Shown here: positions 1-9,594 of the stretch, one piece after another | How positions within the stretch are numbered: the stretch's first letter is position 1 | Layout: every line of letters starts with the position of its first letter | Origin: an uncultured Methanosarcinales archaeon | GTDB taxonomy: Archaea; Nanobdellota; Nanobdellia; Woesearchaeales; CAZYIM01 | Reading direction: 5' to 3' | Assembly (NCBI GenBank): GCA_964647565.1 | Contig: CAZYIM010000003.1 | Coordinates: forward strand, 67,045 to 106,211 | DNA: 39,167 nt | Translations under genes and position numbers: made by a program | Notes under the pieces: model-generated | Database searches by the model: none | The model's input: only the letters and a program-made list of their open reading frames with translations | What the model was told of the DNA's origin: nothing

Positions 1-279
1 AATGGAAACGTGGTAGTGATCGATCAGAAAACCTCCCTAGCAAAGATTCCGAGCGGAAAAGTCATTGTGACTCAAATGACATCGCCATCCATGACACCCA
101 TTTTAAGGAAATCTAAGGCGATTGTTACAGATGAAGGAGGTATTCTGTGTCATGCTGCAAATGTTGCAAGGGAGTTTGGAATAATATCTGTAATCGGCAC
201 AAAGATTGCCACAAAAACACTCAAGGATGGCGATCTTGTAGAGGTTGATGCGAATAACGGGGTGATTAGACATGTCTGA
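1..279 (+). CDS. PEP-utilising enzyme mobile (phospho-His swivel) domain protein, 5'-partial (paralogue 1)
   Basis: Frame is open from base 1. Motif TDEGGILCHAANVAREFG...[22 protein letters not shown] is the same C-terminal domain as the downstream paralogues. Confidence 0.9.
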   Translation, partial: NGNVVVIDQKTSLAKIPSGKVIVTQMTSPSMTPILRKSKAIVTDEGGILCHAANVAREFGIISVIGTKIATKTLKDGDLVEVDANNGVIRHV

Positions 280-1567
280 TTGGCATCATCTGGGAAAATG
301 GGTTGAACCTGCTCTTGCAGCAGAGCTTTGGCTTGAATATGCTAGCTATGCCCAACAATTTTTCAAGGGAAAATTAGATGGACGGATTATGTTTCTCAAT
401 GGTGATTTTTTCTTATGGCAAAAAGATGTTGATATGATAGCACAGGAAAGCTATGCTGCTGCAAAGAATAAAGATGAAGATTTTTTCAAAAGAATTGAAC
501 TTAAAATTAGACAGGTAACCAAGTCTCTGAAAGATTCAGTTCATAAGATTGAATCTGTTGTTGATTTCCTGCAGGCATATAAGGAGTTGACAGGTATTTG
601 GATGCCTATAAATCCAATTGCTATTGGTGTAGAACGTTTTGTTCAAGAGACCAATCCTAAAGACTTTGATATTTCCAAAGGATTAACTTATGAAAAATCC
701 TGGACCATGCAGCAGGTTGAAGAGATCAGGTCAATTAAGAAGCAGATTGGATTTGTGCCTGAAGATGAGGCTGCTATTCCTGAGCAATTTCGCAAAATTG
801 TTCTTGATCATGTTAAAAAATATGAATGGCTGGGTTCGCATCACTTTAACATAAAAGAATTTACACTCAAGGAACTTCTTGACCGCATGAAGACAGATGA
901 AGAAGAGCCTGAATCTTCAGTTGAGATGTCTGGAGACGACGAGTATCTGGTGCAACTTCTTGACATGCTTGGCTTTTTGAGATTCAGATGTGCAGAAACC
1001 ACAGGTTATGTTACATTCTACCTAAAACCCTATCTTCAAAAGATGGCTGAAAAACATGACTTGACGTATGAAGATATTGTTGAGCATATGATTTGGGAGA
1101 TAGCTGGACAGAATCTGAAAAAAGAGATTGCAAATTCAAGAAAAGAAAATTTTGGGATGTTTTATGATGGTAAAGAACACATATTATCTGCAGGGGAAAT
1201 AAAAAAATATGAGAGCCTTCTATTAAATAATGAGGGTGAAGAAACTACTGAACTTAAAGGCTTGGTTGCTTTCAAAGGATCTGCAAAGGGCGAGGTAAAG
1301 ATCGTGACCTGTCAGGAAGATATGATTGGATTTGAAAAAGGCATGATTCTTGTGGCCTATGAGACTACACCAGATATAGTCATTGCAATGGAGAAATCAG
1401 CGGCAATTGTGACGGATTTTGGAGGTCTGACCAGCCATGCAGCAATAGTTGCCAGGGAATTGAAGATCCCTTGTATTGTAGGGACAAGATATGCCACTAA
1501 ATTTTTAAAAAATGGCGACCTTATAGATGTTGATGCAGAAAAAGGAGTTGTTAAGAGACTAAAATGA
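272..1567 (+). CDS. Variable N-terminal domain + phospho-His swivel domain protein (paralogue 2, 431 aa)
   Basis: C-terminal TDFGGLTSHAAIVARELKIPCIVG; central HVKKYEWLG motif; overlaps the previous stop (ATGTCTGA). Confidence 0.9.
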   Translation: MSDWHHLGKWVEPALAAELWLEYASYAQQFFKGKLDGRIMFLNGDFFLWQKDVDMIAQESYAAAKNKDEDFFKRIELKIRQVTKSLKDSVHKIESVVDFLQAYKELTGIWMPINPIAIGVERFVQETNPKDFDISKGLTYEKSWTMQQVEEIRSIKKQIGFVPEDEAAIPEQFRKIVLDHVKKYEWLGSHHFNIKEFTLKELLDRMKTDEEEPESSVEMSGDDEYLVQLLDMLGFLRFRCAETTGYVTFYLKPYLQKMAEKHDLTYEDIVEHMIWEIAGQNLKKEIANSRKENFGMFYDGKEHILSAGEIKKYESLLLNNEGEETTELKGLVAFKGSAKGEVKIVTCQEDMIGFEKGMILVAYETTPDIVIAMEKSAAIVTDFGGLTSHAAIVARELKIPCIVGTRYATKFLKNGDLIDVDAEKGVVKRLK

Positions 1568-2994
1568 CTAGCATGAAAAAACTTGATGTCCTTTTTAAAA
1601 ACAAGGTCGTAGATTATGAGGGTCGCAGACCAATGTTCTATTTCCTTAATGTTCTTGTTTCTAATGCCTGGTCTGTGTTTAAAGAAATGTATGGTGTGGA
1701 TGTAGGTGAGATTATTGATTCTACAAATAATCTTACAACTTTTTATACACTATACTCTGATCAGAGGATGTTTGCTGAGTTTGCAGATAGGATGATAAAT
1801 GATCAATCAACATTTGATAAATCCCTTAATGACGTGATAAAGGTAAAAGCAACTTTGATAAAAAGATTGAACTCTTCAGATTTTTCCAAATTCTCTGTTG
1901 CTGAATTGATAGAGTTTCTTGAAGAATATTATTCTGCTGTCCAGATGATGTATTATCCTGCTGTGTTCTTAAGAATGCTTGACAGAGGCTTGAAAATTAT
2001 TATTGATCAGCAATTTAAGAAACCAGAGAAACACCAAGAGATTATGCAAATTTTAAGTGAGACAGATATACCCAGTTTTAGTATGAAAGAGAGATTCGAA
2101 CTAGTTGAACTTGCAATAAAAATGTTGGTTAAGAATCTAGAGGTTGATTCTGATCTTGTGTCTGATGAACTAACAAGAATTCATAATACGTATTGTTGCA
2201 TAACACTAGGTAATTATACCGAACTGCCAAAAACAATCGAGTCTTATACGCAGGAAGTTAAAGAGATTTTAAAAGAAGGGCTTGATAAATTAAATGCAGA
2301 GCTTACAGATAGTCAACCAGAAAAGAAAAAACTTCCTGATTTTCTGGATAGCTACCAGCAAAAACTAATTATTCTTACTAGATCCAGTATGTCTCATAAA
2401 GATAATTTTAAGTTTTTTCTTAATCAGGTCTTTTACTTATCTCGTTCTTTGTTTTCTGAAATCTCAAAAAAGACCAGACAGCCTGTAGGTTTTTTAAAAG
2501 AGCTGTCGCCTGATGAGATGTTTTCTTTGTTAAGGAATGGAAAATTAGATAAGAAGTCATTTTCTAAAAAGGATTATGTTTTAATCGGGTACGACAACAA
2601 TGAAATCTTTTTAGAAGGAAAAGATGCTGAAATTTTTAGGAAAAGATTTCTTTACACAACCACAACTAATCAACAAGAGTTTTCAGGCCGAATTGCATGT
2701 ACAGGTTATGGTAAAGGGGCTGTTAAGATCGTCCATGGCGCAAAGGATTTCCATAAGTTTAAACCAGGAGATATTCTGGTGACCAGCAATACTTGTCCTA
2801 ATTTTGTTCCTTTGATGAAATTAGCAAATGCAATAATCGCTGAAGAAGGTGGACTTACTGCGCATGTGTCAGTTGTGTCCAGAGAATTCAATATCCCTTG
2901 TATTGTAGGCATACAGACTGCAACCAAGGTCTTTAAGGATGGTGATATTGTCGAAGTTGATGCAAAAAAAGGTGTTGTGAGGCGAATAGAATGA
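1564..2994 (+). CDS. Variable N-terminal domain + phospho-His swivel domain protein (paralogue 3, 476 aa)
   Basis: AEEGGLTAHVSVVSREFNIPCIVG; ATGA overlap with the upstream gene. Confidence 0.9.
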   Translation: MTSMKKLDVLFKNKVVDYEGRRPMFYFLNVLVSNAWSVFKEMYGVDVGEIIDSTNNLTTFYTLYSDQRMFAEFADRMINDQSTFDKSLNDVIKVKATLIKRLNSSDFSKFSVAELIEFLEEYYSAVQMMYYPAVFLRMLDRGLKIIIDQQFKKPEKHQEIMQILSETDIPSFSMKERFELVELAIKMLVKNLEVDSDLVSDELTRIHNTYCCITLGNYTELPKTIESYTQEVKEILKEGLDKLNAELTDSQPEKKKLPDFLDSYQQKLIILTRSSMSHKDNFKFFLNQVFYLSRSLFSEISKKTRQPVGFLKELSPDEMFSLLRNGKLDKKSFSKKDYVLIGYDNNEIFLEGKDAEIFRKRFLYTTTTNQQEFSGRIACTGYGKGAVKIVHGAKDFHKFKPGDILVTSNTCPNFVPLMKLANAIIAEEGGLTAHVSVVSREFNIPCIVGIQTATKVFKDGDIVEVDAKKGVVRRIE

Positions 2995-4409
2995 TTGATC
3001 CAAAAAAGAAGAACTGGAAATGGGGGCCCATTGACGGCCAGGTGATATATATTGATGATTTTATGGAGATGATGGTTGCCTGTAAGAAACTTACTGGCAT
3101 ATCCTGGAGCGATTGCTTGGTCCATATCAAGGAGAGTAAGGTAGTTTTTATCTCTGAGTTTGACGCCCTATACGAATGCGGAGAGAATATGTTCAGATCT
3201 TATATCCTTGATCTGAAAAAACGTACAAAATTTTATGATGCATGGCTAGTAGCTAAAGATAAAATTGTTGAGTTAATAGATTGTTTTACAGCTGAAGATT
3301 TAAAGAAGATGACCAATCAAGAACTTTTCTTCTTTATCAAGGATTTCTATACTATTTATGGACAATTCTGGTCTCACGGGCTTATTCCTGAAATAGCTAA
3401 TTTTGGCGGAGAGAAGTTGCTTAAATCCCATATTGAGTCAAAATACCCTGCGCAGGTCATTGACATCCTGGAGGTGCTTTCAGCACCTGAAGAACTCTCT
3501 TTTTACCAGATAGAAGAATTGGACCTATTAAGACTGAAGCTTGAAAAGAAGCCTCTTGAAGAGCACCAGAAGAAATATTTTTGGCTTGAAAACAGTTATG
3601 GTTCTGTAAAGATTGCAGATATAAAATCATTTCAAGAACGTATCGATATGCTCTCTGATAAAGAGGCTAAATCCAAGATAAAAGAGATTGAACATTTTCC
3701 AAAAAAGACTAAAGCCAAGAAAAAAGGCATCATAAAAAAATATTCGATAGCATCAGAAGTACAAACGATTGCTTCGGGATTGAGTTTTTCAATTTGGTGG
3801 CAGGATTATAGGAAAAAGTTCATTTTTATGGCGCTGCATATGATAACCTGCATTATTCGTGAGTTAGGCAGGAGATATGCTATTAAATTTAAAGAGCTGC
3901 TTTTATACTCGAGAAAAAATGTATTTGAGCTTGCTGAGACCAAAAAAAGAATCGATAATCTTAAAGATAGAAAACTTGGTTTTATTTCTTTTTATGATGC
4001 AGAGAATAACGACGGATTCAACTTGGTTGGTAAGGAAGCCAATGACCTGATCTCTCAATATACAAATCTAACTGTTGTAAAAAATGTCAAGGAGATCAAG
4101 GGATTAGTGGTCAGCAAGGGAAAAGTTAGTGGTAAGGTCCGCTTGCTTTCAGGAGCAAGACACTTTGATTCGTTTAGGGAAGGTGAGATATTAGTCACTG
4201 CCATGACATCTCCTGAGTTCATAGTTGCAATGAGAAAGGCCAAGGCGATTGTTACAGATGAAGGAGGTATGACCTGCCATGCTGCAATTGTCTCACGAGA
4301 ACTGGGCGTGCCTTGCATTGTGGCTACGAAAATAGCAACTAGAGCACTGACAACCGGCGAAATGGTCGAGGTTGATGCTGAAAAAGGAATTATTAGAAAA
4401 ATAAAATGA
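2991..4409 (+). CDS. Variable N-terminal domain + phospho-His swivel domain protein (paralogue 4, 472 aa)
   Basis: [31 protein letters not shown] and WWQDYRKK motifs; ATGA overlap. Confidence 0.9.
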   Translation: MIDPKKKNWKWGPIDGQVIYIDDFMEMMVACKKLTGISWSDCLVHIKESKVVFISEFDALYECGENMFRSYILDLKKRTKFYDAWLVAKDKIVELIDCFTAEDLKKMTNQELFFFIKDFYTIYGQFWSHGLIPEIANFGGEKLLKSHIESKYPAQVIDILEVLSAPEELSFYQIEELDLLRLKLEKKPLEEHQKKYFWLENSYGSVKIADIKSFQERIDMLSDKEAKSKIKEIEHFPKKTKAKKKGIIKKYSIASEVQTIASGLSFSIWWQDYRKKFIFMALHMITCIIRELGRRYAIKFKELLLYSRKNVFELAETKKRIDNLKDRKLGFISFYDAENNDGFNLVGKEANDLISQYTNLTVVKNVKEIKGLVVSKGKVSGKVRLLSGARHFDSFREGEILVTAMTSPEFIVAMRKAKAIVTDEGGMTCHAAIVSRELGVPCIVATKIATRALTTGEMVEVDAEKGIIRKIK

Positions 4410-5848
4410 CAATAAAATTATGCAAGAAGAAGATGGAGCCTGTGGTTAACAGGCATTATGTACTTCTAATGGGGGATTTTTTCTTGACCAGCTATTCACA
4501 TATTCAGCATTATGTCAAGATGTATGGCTGTGAGTTCTATACCCGCTGTGGATTTATGATCAACAAGTTCTATTACGGCCCAGAAGCCATGGACTTTGGT
4601 GATGTTGTATTTGAGATTGAAAAAAAGAAGCCGGGTACCATAATGAAGATCTTCAACTACATCTACGAGATTGGCGATGAACTGATGGCTCTTGCCAAAG
4701 AGATAAGAAAAACAAACTGGAAAGGCAAGTCTTACGAAGAGCTGGTTACTCAGTTCAAGGAATTCGGTAAAATGTATGAGTTCTTTTCACTTTCGCTGAT
4801 GGGCTACAACATCCAGTTTCCTATTGAGAAAAAACTCAAGGATTTTATAGGGAAAAAAGAGAATCCTGATGAGGCGCTTGCAATTCTTAGCTTTCCAAAA
4901 AAAGAGAATTTTCCTGCTTTGGAGCAAAAATCTTTATTGGCTTTAGCGTCGAAGGTTAAAAAATATAGTTCATATTCCACTTTGCCAAATAAAATTAGGA
5001 AAGAGCTTGAAGATCATGCTGAGGAGTATGGTTGGATTAATGCGCGGGGAGGCAAAGGAGATTCATGGACTCCTGAAGACATCTTCAAAAGGGCCAAGGA
5101 GTTAAAGGGTGATTATGGGGTGAGGTTAAAAGAGCTCGGTACACATCAGATTAATGCTAAGAACAAATCAGATGAACTACTCGACGAGATGAATGCAGAC
5201 AAAGAAGTCAGGGAATTGGTCGAAATGACTAAAGAGCTGGTCTATTTCAGGACATATAGAACTGATTATCTGAACAAATCTTTTGCATTGATACGACCCT
5301 TGCTTGAAGAGATGGGAGCTAAAAGAAACCTTAGCTATTATGATATGCTTTACCTGCTTAGAAAAGAAATTATCGACAATATTGAAGTAACTAAACCAGA
5401 GATAGAAAACAGGAAGCAGCATTATGCTTTTATGACATTGGAACCTGAGAAGGTATATTTCACTTCTAACGTAAGGGAGATTAAGGAGATATTAAATGAA
5501 CATTGCATGGAATTCTCTGCTGACAGCGACACTCTCAAAGGCCAGATAGCTAATAAGGGTATTGTAAAAGGCCCGGCTAAGATAATCTTTGGTAAGAAGG
5601 ATCTTGACAAAGTCAAGCCAGGCGATATACTTATAACTCCCATGACAACACCTAATTTCATTGTGGCCATGGAAAAAGCTGCGGCCTTTGTTACTGACGA
5701 AGGCGGCATAACATGTCATGCTGCCATTATTTCAAGAGAGATGAAGAAACCCTGCATCATCGGAACCAAGGTGGCAACCCAAGTCTTCAAAGATGGAGAT
5801 CTTGTCGAAGTCGATGCTGAGATAGGGATTGTAAAAAAAATAAAATGA
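4406..5848 (+). CDS. Variable N-terminal domain + phospho-His swivel domain protein (paralogue 5, 480 aa)
   Basis: TDEGGITCHAAIISREMKKPCIIG; HAEEYGW motif; ATGA overlap. Confidence 0.9.
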   Translation: MTIKLCKKKMEPVVNRHYVLLMGDFFLTSYSHIQHYVKMYGCEFYTRCGFMINKFYYGPEAMDFGDVVFEIEKKKPGTIMKIFNYIYEIGDELMALAKEIRKTNWKGKSYEELVTQFKEFGKMYEFFSLSLMGYNIQFPIEKKLKDFIGKKENPDEALAILSFPKKENFPALEQKSLLALASKVKKYSSYSTLPNKIRKELEDHAEEYGWINARGGKGDSWTPEDIFKRAKELKGDYGVRLKELGTHQINAKNKSDELLDEMNADKEVRELVEMTKELVYFRTYRTDYLNKSFALIRPLLEEMGAKRNLSYYDMLYLLRKEIIDNIEVTKPEIENRKQHYAFMTLEPEKVYFTSNVREIKEILNEHCMEFSADSDTLKGQIANKGIVKGPAKIIFGKKDLDKVKPGDILITPMTTPNFIVAMEKAAAFVTDEGGITCHAAIISREMKKPCIIGTKVATQVFKDGDLVEVDAEIGIVKKIK

Positions 5849-7383
5849 TAAACAAAAAGAAATTTGGAAAAATAATCAAACAGAAATGGCATGTACAGGG
5901 TTTCAATGCATGTATGAATTACATCTTTCATGCAGCTTATTCAGGATTGATCGATTGCCATGCTGAAGTTGGATATGGATATACTCAAAAATTATGGATC
6001 TTTAAAAAAGATTATGTCGAATATCACTATCTCGAAAATGACTTTAAAAATGTTGGACAAGAGTTCATGAAAAAATATCAACAAAACAAGAAATATTTGA
6101 AAAAACTTCTGGACAAAGAGTCTATAAGAGTCCGGGAAGCTATGGACTTGCTGGTATTTGTTGATAAGCAAAAACTAAGCAGACTAAATAAACAGGAACT
6201 TATTGACTTGTATCAGAAACTCTGGGGTGTATATCATCGACTGGTTGGTGTTAGTCACCTGATTGAGCCCATCACCTTTGTTGCAGAGCCAATGCTAAAA
6301 GCGAAGCTTGAAAAAACCACGAAACTTGACAGGCATTCCAAGGAGTTTCGTCAATTATTTACAGACCTTCTCCAGCCAGAACGCTCCTCGTTTATTAATG
6401 AGGAACAATTGAATTTAATGAAAATAATCAAGAGAATAAATTCTGATAAAAAAAGCAGTAAACTTTTCAAACTGCCTGCTGAAAAGATTATTAAAAAATT
6501 GGATCCTGTTTTGATTAGACTTATTTTGGCTCATAAAAGAAAATTCTATTACTTCCAGCTTAACTATTATTTTGGAGAAAGCTTGACTGAAATCGACTAT
6601 CTAAAAGAGATCAAAAAGCTGATCCAGTCAAAGATTGATCCCAACAAGTTCATCAAAGATGAAAAAGAACGTTATAAACAAAATAATCTAAGAAGAGATC
6701 TGCTTATTCAGGAATATAATATTGATAAGGATACTTATGACTTGATAAATCTTATAATGATTGTCCTGCATTGGCAGGATGATCGAAAAAAGTACATGCT
6801 TAGTTGTGTATATCACATAAATACCCTGATGAAAGAAATCAGCAGGAAGTATAAAATAGATCTTGATCTGCTTAAAAGATATATGCCTATGGATATTACA
6901 CATGAGCATCTTTCAAACTTTGATAAACAAGATGCTAAGGCACGAGAAAAACAATTTATGACTTATCTGACCCGAAAAAATAACCGGTTGGTGACAGAAA
7001 TCCTGGTTGGTGATGATTTCAAGGATTTCATGAGGCTATATCTCAAGAAAAGAATTTCCGAATCAGATCTTCATGGTATGGCCGCTTCTGTAGGTAGTGC
7101 TACTGGCTTTGTCAAGGTCTGCAAGACCAAGAAGGATCTTGACAAGGTGAACAAAGGAGATGTTCTCGTGGCTTCAATGACACGACCTGAGTTTGTGCCT
7201 GCTATGAGAAAAGCAGCAGCCATTATTACTGATGAGGGCGGTATAACATGCCATGCTGCAATTGTAAGCAGAGAGCTTGGTATTCCTTGTGTAATTGGTA
7301 CCAAAACTGCTACGAAGGTCTTAAAAGATGGAGACCTTGTAGAGGTGGCAGCCAATCATGGTATTGTCAAGAAAGTAAAATGA
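5845..7383 (+). CDS. Variable N-terminal domain + phospho-His swivel domain protein (paralogue 6, 512 aa)
   Basis: [32 protein letters not shown] motif; ATGA overlap. Confidence 0.9.
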   Translation: MINKKKFGKIIKQKWHVQGFNACMNYIFHAAYSGLIDCHAEVGYGYTQKLWIFKKDYVEYHYLENDFKNVGQEFMKKYQQNKKYLKKLLDKESIRVREAMDLLVFVDKQKLSRLNKQELIDLYQKLWGVYHRLVGVSHLIEPITFVAEPMLKAKLEKTTKLDRHSKEFRQLFTDLLQPERSSFINEEQLNLMKIIKRINSDKKSSKLFKLPAEKIIKKLDPVLIRLILAHKRKFYYFQLNYYFGESLTEIDYLKEIKKLIQSKIDPNKFIKDEKERYKQNNLRRDLLIQEYNIDKDTYDLINLIMIVLHWQDDRKKYMLSCVYHINTLMKEISRKYKIDLDLLKRYMPMDITHEHLSNFDKQDAKAREKQFMTYLTRKNNRLVTEILVGDDFKDFMRLYLKKRISESDLHGMAASVGSATGFVKVCKTKKDLDKVNKGDVLVASMTRPEFVPAMRKAAAIITDEGGITCHAAIVSRELGIPCVIGTKTATKVLKDGDLVEVAANHGIVKKVK

Positions 7384-8675
7384 AAAAATCAGAAATCCGT
7401 TACAAGCCAGAGCTGTGGCTGCATTGGGGTGAGTGGAGAATGGCTATGATCTTCACGTCTACTTGGATGGGATTTGAAAGGAGTAGGATCTTTAAAGAAC
7501 TTGATCTGGGTTTTTTTAAAGGGAACCTGAAAATTCTAAGGGGGAATTTCTACTATCTTAAATCAGATCATAACAGGCTTTCACAGTTCATTAGACAGAA
7601 CATTGATACTGATTGGTTCGAGAGATTCTTCAAGCTCCTTGAGCAAAATATGGGATATATTCGAAGTCTTGAAGACAAGTCGGACATCAAGTTGTTTATT
7701 ATGTATCATTTAGAGTATCTTGCCGGCTCATCATTGGTTGAGTTCACTGATCTTTGCATTGGTGACTATCTAAAAGAGGTTTGTGATCAAAGAGGTGTTT
7801 CTTTTGCAGATGTTGCAGCCTCTATGAATCCGCCAAAAAACACTTTGCTCATGCAGTACAATCAGGAACTTAAGGTCTTGAACAAATCAGATATTAAATC
7901 TTTTGTAGAAAAATACAGATGGGTGGGCACCCACGGGTTTGAAGGCGATCCTCTGACAGAGGACCAAGTTTTGATTGAACTTGAACAAGGACAAAAAGAG
8001 CCTGAACGCATCGATGCTCCTGAGGGTTTTGAGAGACTGATCGAGATTGGCTCCTGGCTTGCCTACTATCGCTCTCAACTAATAGAGGTATTCGACCAAG
8101 TCTGCTTTTCATACTGGCCAAAACTTAAGGATCTCGGAGAAAAACATAACTTATCATTCCAAGAAGTTATCTCCTTGTCGCATGTTGAACTTTGTGAATT
8201 AATAGACGATGGCAAAATACCAGATAAACTAAAAGAAAGGGGAAAGGACTTTGGCGTTATCTATAAGGATGGGGAGCTAATCATATTAGATCCTGATGAG
8301 GCAGAAAAGGAGTTGGAAATACACCAGGAAAAAATCGATCCAAACATTACTGAAGTCCGGGGCTTGTCTGCCAACAAGGGGCATGTGAAAGGCGTAGTTA
8401 AGATCATTCATATGCCTGAAGATATTAAAAAGGTGAATGAAGGAGACATTATCTTAGCATCTGAGACTCAACCGTTTTTTGTGCCGGCTATGGGCAAGGC
8501 AGCCGCCTTTGTAACTGATATCGGTGGATTAACAAGCCATGCAGCCATCACCAGCAGGGAAATGAACAAGCCCTGCATAATCGGGACCAAGATTGCAACC
8601 AGGGTTTTTAAGGATGGTGACTTGGTTGAAGTGGATGCAGACCGAGGGATTGTAAAAAAGCTTTTAAAACAATAA
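7380..8675 (+). CDS. Variable N-terminal domain + phospho-His swivel domain protein (paralogue 7, 431 aa)
   Basis: Start reassigned to ATG 7380 (MKKSEIRY), which gives the same ATGA overlap as its neighbours. TDIGGLTSHAAITSREMNKPCIIG. Confidence 0.88.
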   Translation: MKKSEIRYKPELWLHWGEWRMAMIFTSTWMGFERSRIFKELDLGFFKGNLKILRGNFYYLKSDHNRLSQFIRQNIDTDWFERFFKLLEQNMGYIRSLEDKSDIKLFIMYHLEYLAGSSLVEFTDLCIGDYLKEVCDQRGVSFADVAASMNPPKNTLLMQYNQELKVLNKSDIKSFVEKYRWVGTHGFEGDPLTEDQVLIELEQGQKEPERIDAPEGFERLIEIGSWLAYYRSQLIEVFDQVCFSYWPKLKDLGEKHNLSFQEVISLSHVELCELIDDGKIPDKLKERGKDFGVIYKDGELIILDPDEAEKELEIHQEKIDPNITEVRGLSANKGHVKGVVKIIHMPEDIKKVNEGDIILASETQPFFVPAMGKAAAFVTDIGGLTSHAAITSREMNKPCIIGTKIATRVFKDGDLVEVDADRGIVKKLLKQ

Positions 8676-8700
8676 ATATTTCATAAGAACATTCGGAGGT
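8655..8700 (+). promoter_or_regulatory. Possible internal BRE/TATA and strong Shine-Dalgarno for the ATP-grasp gene
   Basis: A-rich run followed by TTTTAAAA (8662-8669); GGAGGT at 8695-8700, 6 nt before ATG 8707. Confidence 0.5.
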
Positions 8701-8706
8701 ATTATT

Positions 8707-9594
8707 ATGACAGAAACAAAATTTAATTTCAGACCTGAAAAGATATTGTGGTTCAAGGATGTCAAGAAAGATGACATACCGTCTGTTGGCGGTAAGGGTG
8801 CCAACCTGGGAGAGATGTTCAATCACTTTCCGGTTCCAAATGGTTTTTGTGTCACAGTTGTTTCTTACAAGGAATTTATGGACCAGACTGGTGTGGGTGC
8901 GAAGCTTCACGGCATGCTCGACAAATTAGATGTGGATGATACTGAAGACCTTGAAAACACTTCAAAAAAATGCAGAGAATTGATCATGGGCAAGAAGCTT
9001 CCGGCCGACATTATCAAGGAGATTGTTGCCAACTATAATAAGCTGAAGAACAAGACTGTCGCTGTTAGGAGTTCTGCAACAGCAGAAGACCTGCCAACCG
9101 CAAGCTTTGCAGGCCAGCAGGATACCTATCTGAACATACAAGGTGACAATGCTGTTGTTGATGCTGTGCAAAGATGCTGGGCATCCTTATTTACCAGCAG
9201 GGCCATCTATTACAGAGAGAAGAATAACTTTAAGCATCGTGATGTTCTCATTTCGGTGGTCATACAAGAGATGATTGATCCTGAATATGCAGGTGTGATG
9301 TTCACTGTTGATCCTGTGAACAAGAAATACATCCTTGTCGAGGTTGTCGAAGGTTTGGGTGAGGCTCTTGTTTCTGGTCAAGTAACTCCTAACACATATT
9401 TCCTGAATAAGAAACTGCACAAGATTGAGGAAAAGACAGAGCATTTCTATATTGATGAAGAGCTAGTCGAAAAGGTGTCCCAGATTGGAGAGAAGATTGA
9501 AGCTCATTACAAATATCCTCAGGATGTTGAATGGGCGTTTGATAATGAAGGAACATTATTCATCTTGCAGAGCAGAGCAATAACAACACTATAA
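8707..9594 (+). CDS. Stand-alone PPDK/PEP-synthase N-terminal nucleotide-binding (ATP-grasp) domain protein, 295 aa
   Basis: VGGKGANLGEM, VPNGF, AVRSSATAEDLPTASFAGQQDTYLNI, GVMFT, GLGEALVSG, PQDVEWA, LQSRAIT. The protein stops at the domain end and has no His or pyruvate domain. Confidence 0.95.
   Translation: MTETKFNFRPEKILWFKDVKKDDIPSVGGKGANLGEMFNHFPVPNGFCVTVVSYKEFMDQTGVGAKLHGMLDKLDVDDTEDLENTSKKCRELIMGKKLPADIIKEIVANYNKLKNKTVAVRSSATAEDLPTASFAGQQDTYLNIQGDNAVVDAVQRCWASLFTSRAIYYREKNNFKHRDVLISVVIQEMIDPEYAGVMFTVDPVNKKYILVEVVEGLGEALVSGQVTPNTYFLNKKLHKIEEKTEHFYIDEELVEKVSQIGEKIEAHYKYPQDVEWAFDNEGTLFILQSRAITTL

Noticed and set aside
7248..7379. Cys-rich N-terminal extension of ORF 7248..8675
   Set aside because: It is an alternative-frame read of the upstream swivel domain. 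ATG 7380 gives the usual ATGA overlap and the same length as paralogue 2.
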